Source: Verrucomicrobiia bacterium
Lineage (GTDB): Bacteria > Verrucomicrobiota > Verrucomicrobiia > Palsa-1439
Assembly (NCBI GenBank): GCA_052146795.1
Contig: JBKQMH010000151.1
Location: forward strand, 1,502-65,501
Direction of reading: 5' to 3'
DNA length: 64,000 nt
Part shown: positions 18,219 through 28,271 of the stretch, piece after piece
How positions within the stretch are numbered: position 1 is the first letter of the stretch
Layout of the letters: each line of letters begins with the position of its first letter
Translations under genes and position numbers: made by a program
Notes under the pieces: generated by a model
What the model saw: only the letters and a program-made list of their open reading frames with translations
The model's database searches: none
What the model was told of the DNA's origin: nothing

Positions 18219-21200
18219 GCGACTCCTTTACTCATCGCGGCATTGGCTTCTTTCCGCCGATAGATCAGGAAATAGAAAGCGGGCACAAGAAAAATCGCTT
18301 GTGCGGCGGAGACGGACAGGCCTCCGATCAACGCGCGGGCCAGAGGGGCGTACGCTTCGCTGCCGGTACCCATCTTCGCCGCCATCGGAATCAACCCGAT
18401 TGCCGTCGCCAAGGTCGTCATCATGACCGGGCGCAATCGCACTCGCGGCCCGAGCACCACCGCCTCACGCAAGGACCGGCCCTCCTCGCGCAGCCGATTG
18501 ATGAATTCGACAATGAGAATGCTGTCCGTAACCGAAATCCCGACCATCAACAGGACACCCATCAGCGACATCACGCTGATCGGCGTGCCCGTCAGAAACA
18601 GCATCAGCAGCACCCCGGTCAGTCCCGGCGGCACTGCCAGCAGAATCAGAAACGGGTCCACGAAGGAGCGGAACTGGGCCACCAAAATCAAATAAACCAA
18701 AATGACCGACAGCGTCAGACCAATGGCGAAGCTCTGGAACGAGTCGCGCATCGCCTGCACCGTGCCCCGTACGGTAACAGTCATGTTTTCCGGCAAGTGG
18801 GTTTTGCCGATGATCTTTTGGACTGCGGCGTACACTTTGCTCAGGTCCTCACCCTTCGGCGCGACGTACACATCCACCGTCCGACGGATCTGGTAGTGAT
18901 CCACCTCGGTGGGCGTCTGGATGTGGGAGATGTGGACCACCGAATCCAACCGGGTCGGCACCTTGAGGTTCGGCGCCCGGAGCGGCATCGTGCCGAAGTC
19001 GGCAAGATTGTTCACGATGTTTTCCGGGTATTGCACGGTCAAGAAGTAGTTGTTGCCGGTCTGCGGATCAATCCAATAACTTGGCGCAATCATCTGATCC
19101 GACGTCAGGGCGGTGATCACGCTGTCCACGACGTCCTTGGCGCTGAGGCCGAGTTCGCTGGCGCGCTCGCGATCAACCTGCAGTTTGAGAGACGGATAAT
19201 CCACGTCCTGCGGCACGAGCACGTCGCTGACGCCCGGCAGCACGCGAACCTGTTGGGCAATGTTATTCGCGATGTTGTGGGCCGCAGCGAGGTCCATGCT
19301 GCTGACCTGAATATCGAACGGCGCGGGCATGCCCTGATTGAGGATGGCATCGACCAACCCGCCGGTCTGGAAGTAGGCGCTGACCTGTGGCAGGTCGCGT
19401 TTGAGCCGGGCGCGTACCAGGTCCATGTAGGCAAAACTGCTGAGTTTACGGTTTTCGTTCAATCCTACCTGCACGACTGCCGTGCTTGGACAGGAATTGG
19501 GGTTGAGGATGGAGTTGAAGCCGGGCGTGGTCCCGATGTTGGAGACGATGATTTTGAGATCGTGCTTCGGAACCACGTCGCGCACGATGTCCTCCACCTG
19601 ACCGACCAGTTTGTCTGTCAGTTCGATGCGGGTGCCGGAAGGGGCTTTCAGACTGATCACGAACTGGCCGGGATCGGTCCGCGGAAAGTAGGACTTGCCG
19701 ATCAGCGGATAGAGTCCCAGGCTCAGCACGAACACGCCACTGATGGCGAGAACGGTCGATAGCGGCCGCAGCAAGGCGACGCCCAGGTGTTTTTCGTAGC
19801 CGTCGAGCATCCTTGTAAAATGACCGTTGAACCACGCGTTGAATCTTTGGCCAAAGCCCACGGGCTTGGCATGATCGCCCTCGGCGGAAGCGCTGGCTTC
19901 GTGGGATTGATGACCCTTGATCAGCTTCGCGCAGTACAGCGGCACGACGGTCATGGCCACGAAATAGGAAGCAAACAACGACAACACCAACGAAAGCCCG
20001 AGCGCCCCGAACAAGAATTTACTGACGCCGTACAGCATGGTGACGGGAAACAGCACCACCACCAAGGTGAGAGTTGCCGCCAACACCGGCAGCGCGACTT
20101 CCTCACCGCCGCGTTCGGCGGCGACCTCGGGCGGTTCCCCCATTTCGAGATGGCGGTAAATGTTCTCCAGGACGACGACGGAATTGTCGATCAGCCGGGA
20201 AAATGCCAGCGCCAAGCCGCTCAAGATCATGCTGTTGATCGTGCTCCCGCCCAGCGCGAGCGCGATGAACGCGGCCAGCGCCGAGAGCGGAATGGAAAGG
20301 AACACCGCCGCGGTCGCCCGCATGCTGCCCAGGAAAATCAGGATCATCAACCCGGTCATGATCAAGCCAATGGCGCCTTCGTGGACCAGCGTCTCAATGG
20401 CTGTTTTCACGAACACCGATTGATCAAACACCACCTGGGTCACGAGTTGCTTGGGCACATCCAGCAGTTTGGAAATGACCTTCCTGACGCCGTTGACGAC
20501 GGCGATCGTGTTGGCGTTACCTCCCAATTTCACGACCGGCAAGTACACGGAATGCTGACCGTTGACGCGGACAATGTTGTATTGGATTTGCGAGGCGTCC
20601 ACGGCTTTGCCGACGTCGCGCACCAACACAGAAGACGGGATATCTCGGGAAGTTCGCTCGGGCACCATCACAGTGCCGGATGCTTCCCCGACGGTTTTCA
20701 AGGGGACCAGATTGAGGTCGCGCATGCTGTTGATCTGGCCGTCGGCATAGACGGTGTAATCGTAGGGACCGATTTTCACGTCGCCGGCCGGCAGGATCAG
20801 GTTGGCTTCGTTCACGTTGTGTACCACGTCCATGACGCTCAACCCATGCGCCTCCAGCTTGAGCGGGTCCACGTAGACCATGATCTGGCGATACCGGCCG
20901 CCAAAGGCGGGCGGCAGAGACGCGCCCGGCACACCCGCCATTTGGTTGCGGATCGTAAACTGGCCAAGGTCACGCAGTTGCGCCTCGGTCAGTCCCTCGC
21001 CTTTGAGCGTCACCAGGCACACCGGCAAGCTGGACGCGTCGAACGGCATCACAATCGGCGGCAGCGTGCCCGGCGGCAGATAGCGCATGGTGGACATGGC
21101 CAGGTTGGCGACGCTGGCGGCGTCGAGGTCCGGATTGGAACCCGGCTGGAAATACACCTTGATGAGGCTGATGCCTGTGAGCGAGCGCGACTCCATGTGA

Positions 21201-21427
21201 TCGAGACCGGGCGCCAGCGTGAACATCCGTTCGAATTGGCCGGTGATATCGTTTTCGATCTGTTCGGGGGCCATGCCGGAGTAAAATGTGACAACAACGA
21301 CGACGGGAATCTTGATGGGAGGAAACAAATCGACCGGCATCTGCAGCAGGCTTGTCGCCCCCACCACACAGATGATCAGGCACAGCACTACAATCAGGTA
21401 CGGGTATCGGAGAGCAAATCGTGACAT
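18215..21427 (-). CDS. RND efflux transporter permease (AcrB/CusA/CzcA superfamily; heavy-metal type suggested by context)
   Basis: 1070 aa, 12-TM RND architecture, TM4 motif SRLIDNSVVVLEN. Operon with cusRS-type TCS, MFP and OMF. Confidence 0.85.
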   Translation of the reverse strand: MSRFALRYPYLIVVLCLIICVVGATSLLQMPVDLFPPIKIPVVVVVTFYSGMAPEQIENDITGQFERMFTLAPGLDHMESRSLTGISLIKVYFQPGSNPDLDAASVANLAMSTMRYLPPGTLPPIVMPFDASSLPVCLVTLKGEGLTEAQLRDLGQFTIRNQMAGVPGASLPPAFGGRYRQIMVYVDPLKLEAHGLSVMDVVHNVNEANLILPAGDVKIGPYDYTVYADGQINSMRDLNLVPLKTVGEASGTVMVPERTSRDIPSSVLVRDVGKAVDASQIQYNIVRVNGQHSVYLPVVKLGGNANTIAVVNGVRKVISKLLDVPKQLVTQVVFDQSVFVKTAIETLVHEGAIGLIMTGLMILIFLGSMRATAAVFLSIPLSALAAFIALALGGSTINSMILSGLALAFSRLIDNSVVVLENIYRHLEMGEPPEVAAERGGEEVALPVLAATLTLVVVLFPVTMLYGVSKFLFGALGLSLVLSLFASYFVAMTVVPLYCAKLIKGHQSHEASASAEGDHAKPVGFGQRFNAWFNGHFTRMLDGYEKHLGVALLRPLSTVLAISGVFVLSLGLYPLIGKSYFPRTDPGQFVISLKAPSGTRIELTDKLVGQVEDIVRDVVPKHDLKIIVSNIGTTPGFNSILNPNSCPSTAVVQVGLNENRKLSSFAYMDLVRARLKRDLPQVSAYFQTGGLVDAILNQGMPAPFDIQVSSMDLAAAHNIANNIAQQVRVLPGVSDVLVPQDVDYPSLKLQVDRERASELGLSAKDVVDSVITALTSDQMIAPSYWIDPQTGNNYFLTVQYPENIVNNLADFGTMPLRAPNLKVPTRLDSVVHISHIQTPTEVDHYQIRRTVDVYVAPKGEDLSKVYAAVQKIIGKTHLPENMTVTVRGTVQAMRDSFQSFAIGLTLSVILVYLILVAQFRSFVDPFLILLAVPPGLTGVLLMLFLTGTPISVMSLMGVLLMVGISVTDSILIVEFINRLREEGRSLREAVVLGPRVRLRPVMMTTLATAIGLIPMAAKMGTGSEAYAPLARALIGGLSVSAAQAIFLVPAFYFLIYRRKEANAAMSKGVA

Positions 21428-21442
21428 GGCAAGAACAGGTTT

Positions 21443-22138
21443 TTACAGACGATTCTGTTTGACGGCGGCCCGGAGTTTTTCGATGGAGAAGTCCGGTGAC
21501 TGGCACAGTTTGATGAGCCCCTGCTCCTCGGTGTCGATTTTCGCCGCCACCGGCGGGATTTGGGTGGCAATGTCCTCGGGGATGGATTGGACTCCGTGCT
21601 GATCACCGTGCAGCAAATCTCCGGACTGGATCTTCAATCCGCCGATCTCGACCAGCGTGCCGAATTCAACGATGTGAACATAGGCGTGGGATACCGAAGT
21701 GCCGCCGGTGAAAAGTTGGAAGCCAAGCTTTTCGGCTGCCGGTATGTCCCGCACGGCGCCGTTGGTCACCGCGCCGACGCAACCGAGCGCATGCAGGATG
21801 TTGAAGTGTACCACGCCGAGCAATGACCCGAGTCCGGTTCTGGTAGCCATATCCTGCACCACAACCACCCGCGGCGCGGGCACGGAGACGATGTAGTCCC
21901 ACCAGTCGGTCCGGTCCAGGTAGGCGTCACCGGCAAACGCCGGGGCCGATCCACGAATCTTTACCGTGACCGCGTAACCGGCCACATGGGGCAGATGCGG
22001 GAACAGGCAGCGCACAGTGCCGTCGGTGAATCCTTCATTGCGCAGGCGGTGTTGAAAACTCTCGATGGCGTTGGCCAGCGTAGAAGCATCGAGGCGGCGC
22101 AAGGCTTCCAGTTGCTCGGTAGTCAGGGGTGCTTTCAT
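21443..22138 (-). CDS. RraA-family protein (RNase E regulator / HMG-CHA aldolase-like)
   Basis: 231 aa with RraA/DlpA-like fold motifs (GDLLHGD...GVQSIP, GGTSVSHAYV). Its start overlaps the MFP stop by 4 nt, so it is embedded in the efflux operon. Confidence 0.6.
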   Translation of the reverse strand: MKAPLTTEQLEALRRLDASTLANAIESFQHRLRNEGFTDGTVRCLFPHLPHVAGYAVTVKIRGSAPAFAGDAYLDRTDWWDYIVSVPAPRVVVVQDMATRTGLGSLLGVVHFNILHALGCVGAVTNGAVRDIPAAEKLGFQLFTGGTSVSHAYVHIVEFGTLVEIGGLKIQSGDLLHGDQHGVQSIPEDIATQIPPVAAKIDTEEQGLIKLCQSPDFSIEKLRAAVKQNRL

Positions 22139-23310
22139 TCCACAACCTCAGGCTTGATTGTTTTGGTTTCGACCTTCTGGCCCGGTTTGAGTTGGGCGGG
22201 ATTGCCCAGCATCACCAGGTCCCCTTCTCGCAGGCCGGAGACGACTTCGTACTTGGACGGCGTTTCGAGTCCCAGCGTCACCGGGCGTTCCTCGATTTCA
22301 TGGTTGGCGTTGACGATGAGAACCTTGGTGGTTCCGCCCGAGGCCGAGGCCTGGATGGGAATGGCCAGGCATTGTGGGCGCTCTTCCGCTTTGAACGCCG
22401 CCGTCGCGTACATGCCCGGGTCGATTTCGAGATTCGGGTTGAGCACCTCCAGTTCGGTGATCATCGTTCGTGTGTCCTCGGCGACTCTTCTGGTGAAACG
22501 AGTAATCGTGCCTGTGAACGTCTTGCCCTCCAGAGATTCCACGCGCACATCCACCTTGTCCCCCAGATGGATGTCATTGACGTACTCCACGGACACGGGG
22601 AAATCGAGTCGCAGGTGGTAGTTGTCAGAGATCCGCAGCAACGACTTGGCCTGGGTCGCGGCCGCCGTGCCCGCCTCGATGAGCGCGCCGGGGTCGGCGT
22701 AACGCCACGTGATCACGCCATCAAACGGAGCGTTGATTTGTGTATAGGCCAGCAGCGTCTGGTATTTCGCCACGTCGGCTTTGACGGCGTCGATGGCCGC
22801 CGCCGTCTCATGGTCCTTGGCTTCAGCGGTATCGAGGTCCTGTTGGGCGACGAGATTGGGCTGCTGCTGGTTGACCCCGACGAGGCGGGTGTAGATAAGA
22901 TGAGCGTCGACGTGATCGGCTTCGGCTTTCTTCACGGCGGCCATGGCGTTGTGGAGTTCATCCGATAATTCCGGAACTTCGAGCGTGGCCAGGAGTTGAC
23001 CGGCTTTCACCCGGTCGCCGAAGTCCACATTCATCTGGTCCACGTAACCGGAAACCTTCGCGTGCAACTCCACCTCTTCGTACGGGCGGAACTCCGCCGG
23101 GATGGTTACCTCACGGTACAGGTCTTCGCGATCCACTTTCGCCACGGCGACCACGGGCTGCGAGCGAGTGGCAGGTTCACGGCTCGCCTCCGCATGGCGT
23201 ACCACCCACAGCAATCCCACAGCGACCACCACCGCCCCTGTGATAAAGACCAGCCGTAGTTTGGGGCGCGCGCGCAGGTGCTGCCAGAATCCAACAGTGT
23301 TCGGTTTCAT
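22135..23310 (-). CDS. Efflux RND periplasmic adaptor (membrane fusion protein, HlyD/CusB-like)
   Basis: N-terminal TM anchor, coiled-coil, lipoyl/beta-barrel MFP domains. Confidence 0.8.
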   Translation of the reverse strand: MKPNTVGFWQHLRARPKLRLVFITGAVVVAVGLLWVVRHAEASREPATRSQPVVAVAKVDREDLYREVTIPAEFRPYEEVELHAKVSGYVDQMNVDFGDRVKAGQLLATLEVPELSDELHNAMAAVKKAEADHVDAHLIYTRLVGVNQQQPNLVAQQDLDTAEAKDHETAAAIDAVKADVAKYQTLLAYTQINAPFDGVITWRYADPGALIEAGTAAATQAKSLLRISDNYHLRLDFPVSVEYVNDIHLGDKVDVRVESLEGKTFTGTITRFTRRVAEDTRTMITELEVLNPNLEIDPGMYATAAFKAEERPQCLAIPIQASASGGTTKVLIVNANHEIEERPVTLGLETPSKYEVVSGLREGDLVMLGNPAQLKPGQKVETKTIKPEVVE

Positions 23311-23317
23311 AGCATCT

Positions 23318-24736
23318 TCATGGAGATTTCTTGCTGTGGGTTAAGGGTATTTTGACGCGGAAGAGGCTTCCACCACGGTAACTCTGCGCTTCTACCGTCG
23401 CTCCGTGCGCGGTACAGATTGATTTGACAATCGCCAGGCCCAACCCCGCGCCGCCCGGGTCGCGGGTCCGCGCCTTGTCCACACGGAAGAAGCGATCAAA
23501 CACGTGCGGTAGGGCGTCTGCCGGAATGCCGATGCCATTGTCGGACACCTCCAACACCGCGTGACCGTTGGCGGCGGCGACGCGCAAATGATTTGCGCCC
23601 CCGGCCGGTGTGTACTTGATGGCGTTGTCGAGAAGGTTCACCACCACCTGTTTGAGCCGCGCCCGATCCCCGATAACCATCACGCGTTGTTTCGCGTCGC
23701 AGGTGACCGTGATCCCTTTGTCTTCGGCGAGCAGGCTCATCTGCTCGGCGGTCGTCACCGTCAATTCCGCCAGGTCGAACTGGATCCACTCGGTTTGCGC
23801 CTCGCCGGCATCGAGTCGCGACAGGGCGAATAATTGTTCGACGATTCTCGTCAGTCGTTCGACTTCTTCGAGCAGGCTGCCCAGCGTCTCGCGCAACTCG
23901 GGCTTCTGGCGAACGTCGGAAGCGAGGCTTTCGAGTTCGGCGCGCATGGCCGTCAGCGGCGTGCGCAATTCATGGGAGGCGTCAGCGACAAACCGTTTGG
24001 AATTCAGGAGGGCGTCTTCCAATCGCCCAATCATCAGGTTTAGCGACAACGAGAGCCGTTCGAGTTCCTCGGCGGTGTGCGCCACCGGCAAACGCTCGCC
24101 CAGGTTGTGTTGTGTGATCTGCTCCGCCTTCCGCGCGATTTGATCGACGGGCGCGAGCGCGCGCCCGACCAGCAGGTAGCCAACGCCGGTGGCCACGAGC
24201 ACGGCCACCGGCAGCCCGATGGCCAGCAGCACCAAAAGCTGGTGAAGCATCGCCTCGACCGGCGCCATTGGCGCCCCGACCTCCACAACGTAACGCACAC
24301 CATTGGCCGACGGGGAATTCAGCGCCGCAATGAGCAGGGTTTTCTTGTCGGCAAGTCTCTGTGTTCGCACGGATTCCTCCGTCGGCGGGCCAGAGAGGGA
24401 CGGTAATCCAGTCGGGTCGAAGCTCTGATCCGTGGGAGGATTCGAAGCATAGAGAACGCTTCCATCCGGACGCGATACACGGATGAAGCGGTCGTTGATC
24501 TCCGGGGCATACAGGGAATTGATTTCCTTGCCGATGGCGGCCTCGCCGGTTTGGCTCACGTTGGCGAGGAGGGTGTCGGCGATCTGCTGCGCGCGGCGCT
24601 TCTGGGTTTCGGCAAGGTTGGCTTCCAGATAATGTTTCAGGCCCACGAACATGAGCGCGGCCAGCAGAAGAAACACGGCGGTCAACAGGCCGGCGTACCA
24701 GGCGATCAATCGAAATCTCAGGGAGCGCGTGCTCAT
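23318..24736 (-). CDS. Heavy-metal-type sensor histidine kinase (CusS/CzcS-like)
   Basis: MSTRSLRFRLIAWYAGLLT N-terminus typical of heavy-metal sensor kinases. HAMP, HisKA (ASHELRTPLT), HATPase (GGAGLGLAIV). Confidence 0.85.
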   Translation of the reverse strand: MSTRSLRFRLIAWYAGLLTAVFLLLAALMFVGLKHYLEANLAETQKRRAQQIADTLLANVSQTGEAAIGKEINSLYAPEINDRFIRVSRPDGSVLYASNPPTDQSFDPTGLPSLSGPPTEESVRTQRLADKKTLLIAALNSPSANGVRYVVEVGAPMAPVEAMLHQLLVLLAIGLPVAVLVATGVGYLLVGRALAPVDQIARKAEQITQHNLGERLPVAHTAEELERLSLSLNLMIGRLEDALLNSKRFVADASHELRTPLTAMRAELESLASDVRQKPELRETLGSLLEEVERLTRIVEQLFALSRLDAGEAQTEWIQFDLAELTVTTAEQMSLLAEDKGITVTCDAKQRVMVIGDRARLKQVVVNLLDNAIKYTPAGGANHLRVAAANGHAVLEVSDNGIGIPADALPHVFDRFFRVDKARTRDPGGAGLGLAIVKSICTAHGATVEAQSYRGGSLFRVKIPLTHSKKSP

Positions 24737-25413
24737 AATTCGGTTTCATCTGTGAGGCAGTAACCCACGCCGCGCACGGTGCGGATCAACTTGGGCTCGT
24801 GTCCCTCATCCACCTTTTCCCGCAAATGGCGCACATACACGTCCACGATATTGGTGAGTCCCTCGAAACTTTCGTCCCAGACGTGCTCGATGATCATCGT
24901 TCGGGAGAGCACCCGGTCGGCGTGGGACGCGAGGTACTCCAGGAGCGCGTATTCTTTCGAGGTCAACTCGATGCGCTTGCCCGCGCGCTTGACCTGTTGC
25001 GTGAGGCGATCGATTTCGAGGTCAGCGATTCGCAGCACGTGGTCGTGGCTGGCCGGGGGACGGCGCAGCAACGCTTTGACACGAACCAGCAATTCGGCAA
25101 ACGCGAACGGCTTTGTCAGGTAGTCATCGGCGCCGGCCTCGAAATTTTCGACCTTGTCCTTGGTGGCGTCGCGCGCGGTCAGCACGAGCACCGGTGCTTT
25201 GCTGCCCTTGCGACGAAGACGGCGGAGCAATTCCGTGCCGTTGAGACCGGGCAGCATCAGGTCGAGGATGATGAGATCGTAGTCGATATTCGACGCCATT
25301 TCCCAGCCGCTGTCGCCGTCGGAAGTGACGTCGACGGCAAACCGCTCGGCGCGCAATCCGCGGACGATGGCGTCGGCCACTTTCCGTTCATCTTCTATGA
25401 GCAATAAGCGCAT
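24733..25413 (-). CDS. OmpR-family response regulator (CusR/CopR-like)
   Basis: Receiver (LLLIEDE...DLIILDLMLPG) plus winged-helix trans_reg_C (TVRGVGY). Start at MRLLLIED. Confidence 0.85.
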   Translation of the reverse strand: MRLLLIEDERKVADAIVRGLRAERFAVDVTSDGDSGWEMASNIDYDLIILDLMLPGLNGTELLRRLRRKGSKAPVLVLTARDATKDKVENFEAGADDYLTKPFAFAELLVRVKALLRRPPASHDHVLRIADLEIDRLTQQVKRAGKRIELTSKEYALLEYLASHADRVLSRTMIIEHVWDESFEGLTNIVDVYVRHLREKVDEGHEPKLIRTVRGVGYCLTDETEL

Positions 25414-25529
25414 GTCGCTTTTGACACCACCATACCATGACAGACTCACATTAAGATTGCATGAACGCCAAGTTAAAATTCCTTCAGAAACTTTGCACAG
25501 AAGCAAATCTGTGGCAACATGGCAGTGTT

Positions 25530-26045
25530 ATGAAAGCTTACTACACAGTTGTCATTCTGACAGCCGCCACGTTGTGGTCCGGCTGCGCCTTTGGCCCGCG
25601 CGGAATGGTGTTGGAACCCGTCGGGCCGTCACCCACCCCGGTGGCAGAAAACAACGGGGCGGGCTCATTGGTGGTTTACACGGCGTATGAAGTTAACTCC
25701 ATCGGCATCGGTGATTACGAGGAACGGCGCCACTATTCCGACTACAAGGTCCTTACCGATGACGGAAAACTCTTGCGAACCGTGCACAACGATGTCGGCG
25801 CAATCAGGCAGGCCACGCATGTGACCCTGCCGGTGGGCAAGTATCGCGTCGTCGCCAATGCGAACGGGTACGGAACCGTGACCGTGCCGGTGGTGATTGG
25901 ATCCAATCGCCTAACCGTGGTGCATCTCGAAGGCGGAGCTTCCTGGCCCGATATGGCCGCCGACAGTCAGGCCAGCGCCGTTCGCTTGCCCGATGGAGAA
26001 ATCGTCGGCTGGCGAGCCCCCGCAGAAAGTGCGCGGACTCCGTAG
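25530..26045 (+). CDS. Lipoprotein, unknown function (paralog pair member 1)
   Basis: MKAYYTVVILTAATLWSGC lipobox-like signal. Shared architecture with 26099..26590 (VYTA.E...KYVV.A.A...G.V.V.I....VRLP.G..VGWRA). Confidence 0.45.
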   Translation: MKAYYTVVILTAATLWSGCAFGPRGMVLEPVGPSPTPVAENNGAGSLVVYTAYEVNSIGIGDYEERRHYSDYKVLTDDGKLLRTVHNDVGAIRQATHVTLPVGKYRVVANANGYGTVTVPVVIGSNRLTVVHLEGGASWPDMAADSQASAVRLPDGEIVGWRAPAESARTP

Positions 26046-26098
26046 TCCACTCGGTTGGCCACGATGCTGAGAGGTAGACGTAACACAGGCGAAGAACC

Positions 26099-26590
26099 AT
26101 GAGTAATCGTCTGGCCGCTTGGTTGGTCGTCGGGATATTACCCATGGTGGCTTCCTGCGCGGCTTCAAGAGATTCTGTTGTGATCGGCCCCGTTGGTCCT
26201 CAGCCGTCGATAGCGGATGATTTGGCTCCCAAAGGCTATCTAAAGGTCTACACGGCGACGGAAGACCACGATGACGGGCATGTACATTATTTCCCCCACA
26301 CCAGTTACACCATCTACTCCGAGGATGGGAAAACAGTCGTGAAAAAAGTGGCCAACGCCATCAGTATTCATGATGAAGACCCGTCCCTTGTCCAGGTACC
26401 CGCCGCTAAGTATGTGGTCCTCGCGAAAGCCGAGAACTGCGGCATGGTGAGGATCGCGGTCATCATTACACCGGGACAACTCACCAAGATTGATCTGCAG
26501 TATGACTGGAAGCATCGCACGCCTTCCGGAACCGCCGCCGATTGGGTGCGATTGCCGAATGGCCAGGTCGTCGGCTGGCGGGCGCAGTGA
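26099..26590 (+). CDS. Lipoprotein, unknown function (paralog pair member 2)
   Basis: MSNRLAAWLVVGILPMVASC lipobox. Colinear similarity with 25530..26045. Confidence 0.45.
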   Translation: MSNRLAAWLVVGILPMVASCAASRDSVVIGPVGPQPSIADDLAPKGYLKVYTATEDHDDGHVHYFPHTSYTIYSEDGKTVVKKVANAISIHDEDPSLVQVPAAKYVVLAKAENCGMVRIAVIITPGQLTKIDLQYDWKHRTPSGTAADWVRLPNGQVVGWRAQ

Positions 26591-26711
26591 ACCAAGCCAG
26601 CCGATGGCTCTCGTTGGTGCGGCGTGCGATGTCTGGTATCGGCGCGGGCGAGATCAACGACCTCGCCGAATCCCCGATCAGCCTCATGCCCAACGGCGAA
26701 AAGATCGAGTT

Positions 26712-28160
26712 CTAGAACGAGAACTGAGCCCGCCCGAGGAGTACCTGCTCGGTTTCGCGGTTGACGGGAGTGTACGTCGTCGTCGTTTCGGAGCCCTGGC
26801 CCCAGGTGAACCAGGTCCGGTCATAATCGAGGACGAGCTTCACGTTGTTGTTCATGTACCAATTGAGGCCAACGCCCCATTCACGCGCGTTTTGAGCGGA
26901 CTTCGTCGGATCGGCGAATCGTACATCCGCGGCCGTCGGCGCTGTGCCGAATGCTCGTGGATCAATATCGAGAGCGCCATAGCGGGCCGCGAACTCAAAG
27001 GCGCCCCAGTCGTGCGACCTCGGGTTGAATGGATGTCGCGGGATGACGCCATTGTAGCTGGCGTCCTCGCCAGTCAGTACGAAGGTCCCCACCACCTGCC
27101 AGGCGTTATTGTGGATGAAAAAGTGATGGGTGCCGTTTTGAAGCTCTTGATCCGCGAACGTGTACTCGCTGAGCACTCCCAGCGGTCCCCAATAGTAATA
27201 GCCCTGTGGCGCCAGACGGTATTCCAACCCATTCGGAACCACTCCCTTTCCGAACGTGAAGAATGTGAGCTGCCCGGGCGTTTTGTAAGTCGCCAGGTTC
27301 GTGGTCGTCCCGCTTAAGTCGCGATCACCAATTGTCCCGCCAACACCCACGCCCAAGCCCTTGATCGGATCAATACTTGTCGTCTTGAAAGGCTGGGTGA
27401 AAATGCGCGCCGCGCCGTCCATCGAATTCCAGGTAGCCACATCCGCGATGCCCCCGTCCACGACGCCGTTGAAGACGCCGCCGGCGTAGCTGACGGTCCC
27501 GTCCAACAAATCACCCGAAACTTGGACGCCGGCGCTACGTTGCGGCACCAGGGCCGTCGGCAGGCCGCGCTCGGCGAAATCCGCCCACCGGTCTTCCTGC
27601 AGCCACTCGAGCCCGACGGGTACCTTGAATTTGCCGGCGCGGATCTTCAGCCATGGCCAGTAATGCCATTCCACGAAGGCATCTTGCAGAACGGTCGTAC
27701 CATTCCCAAAATCAGGCATGATCCGGAAGTCGAAATCCCGGTCCACGGTGCCTTGCAGATAGGGACGGACCCGCCTCATGAGGAACGTGTCCGTGGCATT
27801 ATTAGCCTTGTCGTAAAGATAAAACCTCCCGTCCGCCTGCGCGTACCCGCCGATCCGTAGCACGAAGTTGCTATCCGCCGACTCAAGGCCGAATCCGTCC
27901 GACCCTGCCAGAATGATCGGCGCCGGCTTCGCCGGTTCCGCAGCCTGAGTGGACTGTTGCTGTGCTTGCTGCTGCGCCTGCTGTCGGTCGAGCTCGCGCT
28001 GATGCTTCAGGTCTTGGATCTCCTGCTCCAATCGGTTAATTCTGTCATCGACCGTAGCCGCGGGCGCCGCGTTGGTATCATCCGCGAACAAACTCCCGGC
28101 GAACGCAATGACCGTTGCTCCCACCGTCATCAGAACTAGAATGCGTTGACGCATCTTCAT
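26712..28160 (-). CDS. Phosphate-selective porin O/P (OprO/OprP-like) outer-membrane protein
   Basis: Signal peptide, N-terminal coiled-coil/Gln-rich segment, beta-strand-rich body ending in aromatic F, as in the OprO/OprP family. The upstream promoter carries Pho-box-like phased repeats. Confidence 0.6.
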   Translation of the reverse strand: MKMRQRILVLMTVGATVIAFAGSLFADDTNAAPAATVDDRINRLEQEIQDLKHQRELDRQQAQQQAQQQSTQAAEPAKPAPIILAGSDGFGLESADSNFVLRIGGYAQADGRFYLYDKANNATDTFLMRRVRPYLQGTVDRDFDFRIMPDFGNGTTVLQDAFVEWHYWPWLKIRAGKFKVPVGLEWLQEDRWADFAERGLPTALVPQRSAGVQVSGDLLDGTVSYAGGVFNGVVDGGIADVATWNSMDGAARIFTQPFKTTSIDPIKGLGVGVGGTIGDRDLSGTTTNLATYKTPGQLTFFTFGKGVVPNGLEYRLAPQGYYYWGPLGVLSEYTFADQELQNGTHHFFIHNNAWQVVGTFVLTGEDASYNGVIPRHPFNPRSHDWGAFEFAARYGALDIDPRAFGTAPTAADVRFADPTKSAQNAREWGVGLNWYMNNNVKLVLDYDRTWFTWGQGSETTTTYTPVNRETEQVLLGRAQFSF

Positions 28161-28220
28161 GGTTCCTCTCTTCTGGACCCCCTCTACAATAATTGGGTTC
28201 TCACCGGCTTGCCCGGCCTA

Positions 28221-28271
28221 TTGTCTATGTATATGATAGACATTGTCTAAGTCTATTGATTTGATAGATGT
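28221..28271. promoter_or_regulatory. 11-bp-phased direct-repeat array (TTGTCTA / TATGATA / TTGTCTA / TATTGAT / TAGATGT), Pho-box-like
   Basis: Heptamers start at 28221, 28232, 28243, 28254 and 28265 (exact 11-bp period), 60-110 bp upstream of the porin start. Also contains the palindrome TAGACATTGTCTA. Confidence 0.45.

Noticed and set aside
18173-21424. Two long plus-strand ORFs (529 and 545 aa) opposite the RND permease gene
   Set aside because: Arg/His/Gly/Gln-rich low-complexity translations typical of antisense frames in GC-rich coding DNA. The minus-strand frame encodes a complete, motif-bearing RND transporter.
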